From assembly GCA_047967505.1 (NCBI GenBank), contig CM106538.1: DNA of 64,000 bases; one strand, 5' to 3'. The first letter of the stretch is position 1, and each line of letters opens with the position of its first letter. The notes under the pieces were generated by a model. It made no database searches, was not told the origin of the DNA, and saw nothing but the letters and a program-made list of their open reading frames with translations. Below, piece by piece: positions 52,550-64,000 of the stretch. Source of the stretch: Dipteris shenzhenensis (taxonomy: Eukaryota). Both the position numbers and the translations under genes were made by a program.

Positions 52550-52792
52550 GCGTACGGAATTCTGCAGCAATCCGTACCGTACGGTACCCTCCTGCTGACC
52601 GTACCGGTGACGCAGCTGTACGGATGGCTGACGTGGCTGTACGGCTGCTGACGCGATCCGTACGGCTGCTGATGCAATCTGTACGGATGCTGACGCAGTC
52701 CGTAAAGTCGCTGACGTGTGTGTACGGTGGCTGACGTAGGCAGTACGGTGATGACGCAGGCTGTACGGCCGATGACGCAGGCTGTACGGTAG
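52550..52792 (-). repeat. ~21-bp period CGTAC plus CGTCA (TGACG) motif array in the Gypsy D leader
   Basis: About 13 GTAC and 8 TGACG in ~240 bp; unit on + is roughly GTACGGNNGCTGACGCANNNN. Confidence 0.9.
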
Positions 52793-55700
52793 CCTGCGCA
52801 GGCTGTCCCGAATCTCGATGGCGCAGTCACTTCGTAGAGCAGAGAGGGCTCCTTGCAAGGCTATGGCTGGGGCTGGAACCCTATCCAACTATATAGGGAA
52901 CAGGGCAGCCTAATTAGGAAGCCCTGCTTCCAAAAAAGGCTCACCCTCCCAGCTTTGGAGGGTGGTGCTTTTCGAAAAAAGCAACACCTCTTCGTAGGGT
53001 GATCGCACACTGTTCCTGCACATCGCGCCTCTCCCTGCCCTGGCCGAAAATCGTACCAGCCTTCGCACCAACACAGCCTCCACCACAGCCCCGTCAGTCG
53101 CTATCTGCTTGCCTACAACTCAGCTACCCTATCGCCTCTCTTTCCTTCTTCTCTGCTCTCTCCCTGCTACGTGCATCCTTCTCTCTCTAAAACCCTTCAG
53201 TAAATTCGAAATCTAGACTCTCTCTTTCTCCTACCTTTTCCCTACATCCTGACCACCCCTGATAACCCAGGAACCAAGCAGAATTTGCAGCAACAAATTT
53301 CGAATTTTAGGGCATACCTGGAGGAAGAAATCGTCAAAAATTCTTGCATAAGAAATTCCTACCTCAGGAGCTGGCTCTGATACCAACTGACACATCCCAG
53401 CACTCCTGAAACCTCTGATCTGCAAAACAAACACACACCACATGAGAACTGAGCCGGCTGCTCACCACCCAACCATGACATCTACGGGATGTGATCCCGA
53501 ATCAGGAGATGTCCCCTCCGAGCCACGAGCTGAGCTACTGGCACAAACTCCCAATCAGATCCAAACCAGCTTGGTGTCCCATACCACCAGGTGGCGCTGT
53601 GAAGCCCTAGATCTGCCACTGGGCCTTGGGCTACGCTAAGATGCAGGCGCGCGTCCACGACTCAATCCAGGAACAGACCTAGCACCTGGGAACGAAACTT
53701 GCTCCCAACTGCATACTGAGAACTGAACCCCCTAGGCCCCTTTTATAGACTCGGGCCCCGAGCGCCAAAAATAGCGAAGACCTATAAATAGTTCGTACCC
53801 TTGCCACTCAACCCGAGAATCAAGCCTGCCTAGCTCTAAGCCTCCCCAGGCTACCTGAGCTAGTCTAGTGTACCCAGTACACGTCAGATACCAATCCGCG
53901 CACATGACACATTTGTCCTCATTGGGCCACAGACATCACTGTGTACTAGCTGCAATTTCCTTTGTGAGAGTTTTGGACAATTCTTTTGAAAAGGAAATCG
54001 ATGCATCTTACCCAAAAGACAACCCTCACACACATACTTGGAAACTGTGTGAGTCTGAGGTACATCATTTGCCATCTGCTTTGAATGTAGCTTTGCAAGA
54101 GCTCTATAATTGAGATGGCCCATTCTCTCATGCCAAAGATGAGTTTCAGCAAGCTCTGAACCTGAAATAGCCAATGCTTCAATAGAAAGTGCAGCTGGAT
54201 GATGATCAAGGTGATAAAGCCCTTTTTGCAAAGTGCCAGTGAGAACTATGGCATTGTCATCACGAAGATCATAAACTAGACAGCTGTAGCCATCAAAAAT
54301 TACTCTGAAACTTGAAGTAGCAATTGCTGAAATTGAAATCAAGTTGACTTCAATGCCAGGCACAAAAAGGACATTTGTCAGAGTAACGGGATGGCTTGAA
54401 ATGGATGTGAGCTGCACATCTCCAACTCCTTTTACAGCATATGAAGCATTATTAGCACATGTAACAGTCCCCCCTCGAGGTGCATCAGCTAAAGAGTGGA
54501 ACAACTGCCTGCAAGATGTGACATGCTTAGAAGCACCACTATCAAAGTACCAGGACTGAGCATCATTAGCAGTAAAGAGTGCATCAGCTTTGGAGGGATC
54601 AAATGAGCAATGGACAGCCCATGCCCAATCATCCTGAAGAGCATGTGCATGTGAAGCATCTGCTGGCTCATGGGATTCAATAGCATGTGAGGCATTAACT
54701 GTCAATCCTGCTTTCTTTTTCTCCGAAGCAATGCGCTTCCTGCATTCTGAAATGTCATGTCCAGGCTTGCGACAATAGTTGCATCTTTTCTTCTTTGCCT
54801 TATCTGCTGTATTTTTAGATGCATGGGAGGAATTGCAGCTGCTATGCGCAGATTTTGGCTTGCCCATAGGCTTGGAAGCCTTGCCTCTTCCTGTCTGCTG
54901 TGAAGCAAATGCATGATCAGGAATAATGGCTTATCTGTTAGCTCTACTTTGCTCTTCCTGCAAAAGCGAAGTAACTAGCTGATCAAAAGAATAGTGGTCT
55001 GGATTACCCATGGCCACTAATCAAAGGGTTGTAGCAAACCCTTGATATGTATCTGGCAGTCCATTCAATGTGGTACTGACAAGCTGTGAATTTGGCACCA
55101 CCTCATCAATGTTGGCAAGCTGTTCCACGAGGTCCTTGACCTTTGTCAAGTATGCATCCATTGACTCACCTTCATTCATACTGACTTCCTATAATTGCCT
55201 TCTCAAATATGCAATACGAGCTTCATTGCGAATCTGATAGAGAGAAGCCAATTTATCCCAAGCATCCTTTGCTGTCCTGCAAGACCGGATGTGTGGAATA
55301 ATGATTCTCTTGCATGATAAAGCAATGCATGAATGTGCATTTGCATCTCTTGCATCCCATCTTGACTGTTCTTGAGTTGGAAGAGCAGCAGTAGGAGTGC
55401 TAGAGGAAGAGGCATCGGGAGGAGTACCCCCTGCAGAAGGACCAGCAGTAGAGGCAACCACTGAAGCATTGGCTGGCCTCAGATCAGCCCCAGAAACAAT
55501 ATTCCACAAATGCTTCGCAACAAGAATATGTTTCATGAGATAAGACCACATCGGATAGTTGGTGCCATCCAACTTATCATCTTCACGAAGAACTCCAAAT
55601 AAATCTTGATTGTTCCCAGCCATAGCAAATGTGATACCCTGAAAAAAGACCTGAAAACCCAAAAGCCTCAAGGCTATCACTGCAAAAAGCTGGCTGTCCA

Positions 55701-56103
55701 AAAATGACAGCAAATATCTGCAAATTTCTGACCCAAATCAAAGGGCAAATGCAGATCTGACCCAAATGTGACTGTGACAGGCAATGTTCACTGCAAAAAA
55801 CAGCAAATCTGGCAAAAGCCCCAAATTTAATGAGGGCAAATAGGCCAAAAAGAGGGCAAATGTAGAAAAGCCCCAAATTTTACTGAAACTTTTGCAAATG
55901 TGACCCAATGTATGTAAATCTGACTCAATGTCCTGCAGAAGTGACTCAATGTCCTACAAAAGTGACTCAATGTATAGCCTCAAGGCTTGAAAAAGCAAAA
56001 GTATGAGTTACTGTCCCAAACTCAAAAGTATGAGTTACTGCTCAGTTGAAATTAAGCTTCCAACGCAAAAGCCCCAAATTTTTGTTGACCAAATTCCGGA
56101 TCA

Positions 56104-56372
56104 AGTACAACTGTACGGATGTCAGTACGGTGCTTGTACGGAACATAGTACGATAGCTGTACGGAACTGTACGATAGCTTGGTACGTGCACACGTGACTG
56201 TACGGAGAAGTAGTACGGAATATGCACAATGTACGGATCAGGTACGACGCAGTGTACGGAACGCAGGTGTACGGCGATGCAAGTATCCGTACGTGACAGT
56301 ACGGAACGCAGTGTACGGCGACGCAGATATCCGTACGTGACAGTACGGACGTCTGGTGTGCAGGCTGTACGG
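56104..56372 (-). repeat. CGTAC motif array in the Copia C leader
   Basis: About 20 GTAC in ~270 bp, nearly all GTACG on +, many spaced 10-13 bp apart. Confidence 0.9.
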
Positions 56373-56965
56373 TGGCATAGGTAGAGCTGAGATTTGTATG
56401 AGGTTGTGGAAGCTGGGCGCCTAGATCAGCAGCACAAAAAATGGCGACTGATAGCCACAGGTGCTGTAGGAGACCTCGAAAAAGCTGCAACAGAACCTAG
56501 AAGTAGTCGCCTCTGCTGGAAAGCAGCAATAAGGTAAGTTATGGCGACAAAAATGGCTCTCGAAGCCTTAGACAGCAGTTGAAGATCCTCGAACAGGCTG
56601 AAGATGTGACAACCAGCAGAGCAACAGACTCCCAATGAGCAATGGAGGACTCGAGGGCTGAGGAGAGCTGGAAGACAAAAGCAATACCTGCTCTGATACC
56701 GCTGAAGGGACGATCGCAAAAGAGAGAGTGCAGGTAGCAAAGAGTCGTACCATAGTTTAGCAGTCATGTCAAACTTAGATAATGAAAAGGTACAAGGTAC
56801 TTGTACCTAGACCTAGGACTAAGTGTCCTAGGTGTCACATAGGACTAAGTGTCCTATGTGGCCTAAAAGGCACTTACACTACAAGTGCCTACACTTATGC
56901 CTACAAGGCACATACCATGGCCTATAGGGCATCACTAGAACCACCAGAAGATGGCCTACAAAAAC

Positions 56966-58790
56966 CACCACGATTGGAAATAACCAATCGCTACAATCTA
57001 TTGCCTAAATAAAGACCACTTGTAACAATCCCCAACTAGGGCACCGCCAGATCTCCTCTATTCTTGAGCTAACCTACACATAGAACATGCAACATTGGGA
57101 CACATAGTGAAAGGGTTAGTGCGTCACCACCCAACCATAGGTCCATCCGGACCACCCCCGAGCTAGAGGTCAGGCAACCACCAACCGTAGTCCATCCCAA
57201 GTAGACTGCGCATCCCATACTTCGCAGCCCCAGCCAATCTGACTGTCGTTAGAGAGACACATGCCTAGACGGGTCTCTACCAAGCTTGGGTCTCTCAGGA
57301 GGCCCCATCTCCTGAGATGACCCCAAGTGAGTAATGACCCTAACTTATATAGACATAGGGTGTCCTAGGTGTCTCAATCCTAGGACCCGCTATTCATAGC
57401 ATATATGCTAGGCGCCCTTACTCTCCCAGGGTTAGGCGCATATCTAGGATTGTCTTGACCTCTCCACACTAGCCATGGTTATGTCTAGGCGTGGACATAA
57501 TATTCTCCCCCCCTGAATCAAGGAAAGTCTGAGACATGAAGTCTGGAAATTGGTGTCGAACAGGATTAACACTTTCCCAAGTAGTATCCTCCTCACAACG
57601 ATCCTTCCAACTAACCTTCAACTCTCGAACTGTCCTGTTCCGAACTTGTCTTTCCTTGAAATCCAAAAGGCTTTCCGGTTCATGGGGCGTATAAGTGGAT
57701 AAATATTCTAATCTTGTGAGTTCCTTCTCAGAGACCAAGTTATCTTCAGCGCCCAGGGCTTCTTTCAGTCGATTGACATAAAAGACTCGATGTACCCGAA
57801 CTCCTTCAGGTAATTGTAGCTTGTAAGCCCCATCATTGATCTTTTTAAGGATTAAAAACGGTCCACAAGCATGCCAAAGTCCTCTGTACCCACGGATGAC
57901 CAACATTGGGACTGTCATGACATTCAAACAAGATAAGACGTCTCGTATCACTCACATTGGGTACGCAGACCTTACCCTTTCGGAAAAGAAAACCATTCCG
58001 AATGGAGTATTCTCGAAGGTTACTACCACGAGGGGCATTCCCAACTTGTACTTTATCCCATACAATTTGGAAGTATTCATCTTCTGGATAAAGGCCCGTT
58101 AGAGAGTCATAAAGGTCTGACTAAATCTCAGTGAAGCTCAGTTGATTCACACTACCGATCCTGCTCAGAGAGTCTGCTACGTTATATTGGTAGACCCCTT
58201 TCGATTTCGAATCTCGAAATCGAATTCCTGCATCAACTCTGAGCACCGAGCTTTCTTGCCCCTTAGATCAGTTGCATTGCAGAAATGTCTCACGAAGGAA
58301 TGGTCCACGTAGACCACAAAAGTGGAGCCATACAGGTAATGTCTGCACTTTTTCAACACAAGAATGACCGCATACAACTCTCTCTCATGCGTAGGCCACT
58401 TACACTATGGTTCTGACAGCTTTTTGCTCTCAAAAGCTACTAGTCTACCATCCTGGAACAATGCTCCTCCAATGGCATAGTCACGGGCATCCATTTCAAC
58501 CACAAATGGTTTACTCGAATCAACTATCTGCAATATAGAAGCTGTGGTAACTGCATGTTTCAACTGCTTGAAGCATGTATCCATTTTCTCTATCCACCCA
58601 ATGGGAGTTCCTTTGGAAACACTTCGGGAAATTCTGTCAGCACATCTCAGATAAGCTGAGCCTCGAGTGAATCCTCACTCAAAGAACTCTTATCCAAAAC
58701 TTCTGCTAACTCAGTAGTCCAAGTATAAGGTTCAGCGCATCATGTGTAACCCGAACAGGTGGATATCCATCCATACTCTGTTCTCCCCTC
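56966..58790 (-). mobile_element. Decayed chromovirus Gypsy element E (RNase H, integrase end, chromodomain, 3' LTR)
   Basis: Chromodomain EPESLLDF..KVSWK..DTTWE; PPT AGGGGGGAGAA before an LTR starting at 57497; RNase H ELYAV..RHYLYG..DH. Confidence 0.85.
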
Positions 58791-59249
58791 ACTGAATCCT
58801 CAGTATGGGCAGCCAATCCATGGCTGCGGTATTTCCATGATCTGAATAGACTGCTGGACACTTATCTAGTACCCTGTTTTTCTGGACAGCAAACCCATTA
58901 TCGCAATCATTACCCTCGAGACACGCTTTAAAGGTGTGTTTAACCGAGAACAAACTTGAATCGTTATTGAAGTAGAATTCAGGTTTCTCAATACACCAAA
59001 ACACTTCAGCATCTCCCGATTGGAATAATTCAAACGTTTCCAAAGCCGAACAAATATATTGATCATATAAAGTATCCATATCCATTTTAACGTGAGAAGC
59101 CATTTTAAACATAGGACCACGTAGATCACCAGCTAGAGAGAATAGCTTTTCATTCAATGGAAACTGAACAATATGAATTTTATAATCAATATTTACATAT
59201 CTTTGGAGTAAACCAGTTAAGACATTTCCACTCTTGGAAATAACTGAAA

Positions 59250-59724
59250 GAGAATCAAAGCTACCTGCAGTGCCACATAGGATGATGACTTGTATGAGAA
59301 GCCACCAAGAAGCTTCTCCCTCACACCTCCTCAGCTAGGGTTTGCTTAATTGTGTGTTTGCAGCCAATCGATGCATTTTCAGTTTAGTGCATCCATTGTA
59401 GCCAGCTTGCTGGAGCTTGGACAAGTCCCCCCGGCAAGGATCTAGGGAAAACTCTGAGAGGCAGGAGCGTTTCTACAAGGCTTGGCTTGCATGTGTCTTT
59501 TATGTATTCATAGAGCAAGGTATTCGCTGGATCTGTAGTCCCCCACCCTGGTTGTTAGCACTTGTTACAGAGATTCCCTAGGCACTAAGCTGGGTTCCCT
59601 GAAAACAGGCTGGTTTGACAGCCAATCTTTCCTCTTTATTTCCCACAATCAGCACCTCACAGATTACTAATTTGTATGGTTGGTTTTTCCAAGAATTAAT
59701 AGAAAGTTCTTTTCTGGGGGGGGA
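59250..59724 (+). mobile_element. Second copy of the probable non-LTR tail seen at 28300-28858
   Basis: TTTTCCAAGAATTAATAGAAAGTTCTTTTCTGGG resembles 28815-28848; CAGGCTGG block also shared. Confidence 0.45.
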
Positions 59725-60185
59725 ATGTTACATTATATACTCCCTAGAGTAGAAGACACTCAACAAGGCATGAAGGAATCAGCACACAATATACTGAGAA
59801 AGCCTCAAAGGAATGGTATAGTGGGTCCTTGAATTCCATTCCAGGGGATACAGAATTCAAAAACTTTCCCGAGTTGAGAACTTGAATGTCACTAGACATA
59901 ATACTAGAGCCACAGCTAAAGATGGCCAGACCATTCTGTGGTTTCAGCTATCCCATATTATGATGGGCTCATTTGGCCCCTTATCTTTCCATTTAACCCT
60001 CTTCTCAGCTTTCAAGCCTGCTCGTTAAGCTGAAAGAGATATACAGAATTTGCACAACTGCTTAGGTGTGTATGATGGCATGGTATCCTCCTTTTAAGAT
60101 ACTCTTGCTCCCTTGGTAACAATTTCCAGAACATTCTCATTCATTGCTCACGATGTAACAAAGAAACATGTCACACAAAACATAC

Positions 60186-60268
60186 CTGAGCACCTTCCTT
60201 GCAAACTTCATCTCTGGAGTATGAAGGACAGCTCGGCATTGGCGGAACCATAGTGACAACGAATCTGC
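60186..60268 (-). CDS. SAC3C: SAC3C-like exon (83 bp)
   Basis: ctgtag|GCA acceptor; ADSLSLWFRQCRAVLHTPEMKFARKVL; AG|gtatg donor in phase 2. Confidence 0.9.
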
Positions 60269-60389
60269 CTACAGTGAAAAGCCCCTCAGCCAGATTGTAT
60301 CGTAATTTCATGTGCATAACTTGAAAGAATAACAGATGCTAAGAGTAGAATAAGTACAAATGGGTCTTCTTGTAAATGCTATGCTCTAC

Positions 60390-60602
60390 CTGGTATCTGC
60401 TCACATTGCCCAAATTCAATAGCACATAATAGGCTCTGAATTCGGCTTCATTCTTCATTGTTTCACCAGCCTTCAAACCATACAAATCAAAAAGACTCGT
60501 AAGTGATTTGGAAAGCTGCTGTAAATTTAGATGAGAATCTGAAGCATGTCTTCCTGGAACACGCTGGCTCAGCTCATGCTCGGACAATATGTGAAAGCGA
60601 AC
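60390..60602 (-). CDS. SAC3C: SAC3C-like exon (213 bp); earlier exons lie outside the window
   Basis: ttgcag|GTT acceptor; VRFHILS...HLNLQQLSKSLTSLFDLY...NEAEFRAYYVLLNL, a typical SAC3/GANP motif; CAG|gtagag donor. Confidence 0.92.
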
Positions 60603-60907
60603 CTGCAAATAGAAAACAACCAAATGTGTTACAATTCACAGATGTATGCAATAATTTACCTAAAACAATCTGATACCGTGATCTCAATCCATATTATGAT
60701 CTGACAAGATCAGCATTGCAGCATTGAAATGAGGGGAGAAGGCATTGACATGCTACCCCAAGGATCCTGAACACGTCATCTAGAAATCAAATGGCTCAAA
60801 ACTTTTTACAAAGCAAATAGTTTCTAGAAGAAAGTAGAGAAATCAATCACAACAATTAATAACTTCTTCTTAAATTGGAAGCCATTAGTTTCTTCTATGA
60901 CAAGAAT

Positions 60908-61672
60908 TGTTAGCACTTAGCCTTGGTACGGCCTTATAGTCCAGTTAGGATTCAGTCAACCCTCAGGTTGACTTCATTGGTCAACTCTTCTGGTTGACTT
61001 TGGACCATCACTCGTACTTTCTCATTATCCATTTGCATAGTTGTTGTCCGCTCCCTCGCAATCTATTTGCATTACATTGCTCCCCACACCCAACAGTAGT
61101 ATCAAAGCAGCTTCAAGATCCACTGCTCACCCCCATGCACATCTAGTTGCCCATTGCTTGTAGCTCGACTTAATGTTCAGCTGCTCAAGTTCTGCCGTAC
61201 ATCAGCATTGCACTTTTGTACCTACTTGCATAGCGCCGTACTGCATCTAGCTTACAGTTATACAATGCTTTAAGCTTTCCAAAAGCAAAAATTTGCATGC
61301 ATAAGGTTTCCAACATCATTCTACTCCAGTGAGTGGTATCACCCTACATTAGGCATACTCCTGTACGAGCCTACAGTAGCATCATCCCTGCAATCATCGT
61401 CCATCCATACATTTGTTATACAACTATACATTTCCCTGTACAGTTTTTGTTGTTCAATTGTACGACGTTAGACACTCAGCCGTCTATCTATACTTCGTCC
61501 ATATAGTCATACATCCGTGTGCAGCTGCAGGCGCTACTTCAATACTATATGTGTCCATACCACCTGCCATACATGTCCGTACCACCTGCCATACGATCTC
61601 TTGAAAATTACCTTACAGTACCAATCTGCAGTGTTGTACATCACCGTACAACTTGTTGTACACTGTAGAGCA
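60908..61672 (+). mobile_element. Short LTR (60908-61095), degenerate iMet PBS and GTAC-rich leader
   Basis: TGTTAG...CCAACA followed by GTAGTATCAAAGC; about 11 GTAC in 61195-61662. Confidence 0.7.
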
Positions 61673-61673
61673 C

Positions 61674-64000
61674 TTAGTCACACATGTATACCTCCTTGAG
61701 ATCTCCATTCACAAAGGCAGATTTTACATCCATCTGAAACACGGGCCAACTTCCCTGGGCAGCTAAAGCCAAAACACTGCGAATTGTGGTTAGTCGAGCT
61801 GTGGGAGCAAAAGTATCCTGATAATCAAAACCATGTACCTGTGCGAATCCTTTTGCCACGAGCCGAGCCTTGTACTTATCCAACGTGCCGTCGGACTTGT
61901 ACTTGGTCTTGTACACCCACTTGGTGCCGATTACCTTGCGTTTTGGTGGTCGATCCACAAGGTCCCAAGTGTTGTTCTTCATTATGGAGCCATACTCTGA
62001 CTGCATAGCCTCCATCCACCTATCATCACCCTGTGCCTCTTCAAGACACTTGGGTTCATCAGCACGGATCACCTCTGTCATCAAAGCATAGTTGACCAAG
62101 TGTTCCTGCGCCCTTCTTTGCTCCTCTAATCTCTTGGACTGGCGGTGTTCGGATGGTTCCTCCTCAATGGCTGGAGGTTCTCTCCCGTCCAAGAGCTGCT
62201 TTACCCACTTCAAGAAAGGCCGTTGCCGTTGTGGTTCTACAGGCTCTTCTTCCTCTTCTTTATCTTGAATCCTCCCAAGCACCATTGGGGGAGTTCGGTC
62301 TGCTATTGGTGGTTGTACTGGATATCCTGGTCCTCGTTGTCTGGGAAGGAAGCATCCTCCTCCAATTGATGCGGCTGTTCTGAGAAGACCACATCGCGAC
62401 TTACTATTACCTTCTTGGTAACAGGGTTATAGAGACGGTAACCCTTCGCCTCTTCACTGTAGCCCAAGAAAATACACTTCCGGCTCTTCGGTTCCCATTT
62501 GGTCCTGTTAGCATCAGGGACATGCACAAAACAATCACATCCAAAAACTCTGAAATGTGCAGCTGAAGGTTTCTTACCAGAAAAGGCATACAGTAGAGTC
62601 ATCCCGTTCGTTCACAGCCTTCGTGTAGCTACGATTTAGAATGTAAACTGCAGTGTTATATGCTTCAATCCAGAAAGTCTTTGGCAAATCTTTCCCTTTC
62701 ATCATACTCCTGCCCATTTCACAGATGACGCGCATCTTGCGTTCTACTACTCCATTTTACTGTGATGTATGTGGTGGGGGTTTTTGCCTCTTGATCCCAT
62801 GACTTTTGCAGTAACTTTCGAATTCACTTGATGTGAACTCTCCACCTCTGTCTGATCTCAATTTCTTCACCTTCCTCCCCGTTTCTTTCTCGACCATTAC
62901 ATGCCATTCCTTGAACTTACTAAAAGCCTCGTCTTTAGTCTTCAGGAAGTATATCCATATCCTTCTACTGTAGTCGTCGATCAGCGTCATGAAGTAGTAG
63001 AAACCACCCAAAGCTTCCGTCTCCATCTTTCCGCAGAGGTCCGTGTGAACGAGCTCTAGAGGAGCCTTTGCCCTGCTGGCCTCTTTAGGAAAGGGATGTT
63101 GATGCTGCTTGCCCATCATATGCAAGCTTCACATACATCGGGCAGATCTGTAATTTCTGCTAGGTCTGCAATCATTCCACTTTTATGCATCTCCTTTAAA
63201 GAACTAAGGTTTAGATGACCAAACCTCTCATGCCACAGCTTAGTGTTCTTCACATCGGCTCGAGCACTGAAAGCTGAGAGTTCGTAGATGTTGTTGCGCC
63301 GTGTACCTTTACCAATGACCTTCCCTTGAAGATCCAGAATCTGTGCACCATTCTTATCGAATTGAACTTTGAGGTCCCGATCCGTGATCGCAGAAACGCA
63401 CAACAAGTTCCTCTTGATATCTGGCACATAAAGAACATCGGACAACTGTTTTACAACTCCATCTGACTTGAGAGCTATCGTACCTTTTCCTTTTGCTGGA
63501 CATTTTGCATCATTGCCAACTGCTACCAGGATGTCATTCCCTACCGGCTGTAGAGAGGTGTACCAATCCTTCCGACTGGTCATGTGGCACGATGCACCAT
63601 TGTCAATAATCCCAAATCTTCTCTAGTCCTCGTCTTTTGACGCATCTCCTCCTCCAGAAGCATTGCGCTGATATCCTCAAAGTTGAGGGGCGGATTTCTG
63701 TTCTGCGTATTCAGCGCCGTAACAAGACCGTTGTACTTTGGTGGGAGAATCCGTATGCACCTTCGTGCTAGATTCTCGTTGGTGATGGTGATGCCAATCG
63801 CAGTCATCTGATCGCGCAAATTCTTCACCCTGGTGATGAACTTCTCTGCCGCTTCAGACTCACACAGTTTCTCGTTCACGAGTTGAGTCTCCAGATTCTG
63901 AATCCGCGTCTGATTCGTGGTCTTGTACTGATTTTTCAAGACCGTTCATGCCTCCTCCGCTGTGGTGACATGTTGAATTAACGCCATGACGGAATCACTT
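61674..64000 (-). mobile_element. Ty1/copia internal segment F (gag, protease, integrase, 5' RT), cut inside RT
   Basis: UBN2 gag; [40 protein letters not shown] ends abruptly at ~61685; runs off the window edge. Confidence 0.93.

Larger units (their letters stand above)
47256..53909 (-). mobile_element. Ty3/gypsy chromovirus element D, complete, inserted in the Copia C integrase
   Basis: LTRs 53388-53909 and 47256-47776; TSD CATTT; PBS 53385-53374; PPT 47779-47792. Host integrase rejoins as GPMRTN|AIGG. Confidence 0.97.
44434..56960 (-). mobile_element. Ty1/copia element C, complete, same family as A, interrupted by Gypsy D
   Basis: 5' LTR 56703-56960; 3' LTR 44434-44697; TSD AAAAC (44429-44433 and 56961-56965); PBS CGGTATCAGAGC 56701-56690; PPT 44698-44709; gag-pol similar to A. 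Confidence 0.97.

Noticed and set aside
52550-52792. CRISPR-like appearance of the motif arrays
   Set aside because: Repeats and spacers are far too short, no cas genes, eukaryotic retroelement context.
52274-52888. 204-aa and 155-aa ORFs over the Gypsy leader
   Set aside because: Open because of the GC-rich motif array; no domain signature.
57358-57375. 14-bp GTGTCCTAGGTGTC shared by Gypsy E and Copia C LTRs
   Set aside because: Too short and semi-palindromic to separate from chance without a family alignment.
58789-59157. 122-aa ORF beside Gypsy E
   Set aside because: No recognisable motif, uncertain start, and not needed for the SAC3C reading frame.

Overview
Land-plant nuclear DNA, dominated by transposons; a fern or similar large-genome, long-intron plant is inferred but not proven. 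One host gene looks intact: a SAC3/GANP-family gene (SAC3C-like) on the minus strand. Five of its 3' exons can be spliced in frame, including one GC-AG intron and a ~27.7-kb intron (32452-60185) filled with nested retroelements. That intron holds a full-length LINE (14-bp TSD) inside an older LINE, a chromodomain Gypsy (TSD CATTT) inside a Copia (TSD AAAAC), and further remnants. The left half carries a 1.77-kb gag-only LTR element (TSD TACAT), a frameshifted orphan ORF, a PPR pseudogene, a chimeric Copia and other decayed elements. The most unusual signal is that unrelated Copia and Gypsy elements carry dense, CpG-rich, partly helically phased CGTAC motif arrays in their 5' leaders, oriented the same way relative to each element. 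This suggests a shared sequence-specific regulatory or anti-silencing mechanism. All counts and alignments were made by eye.
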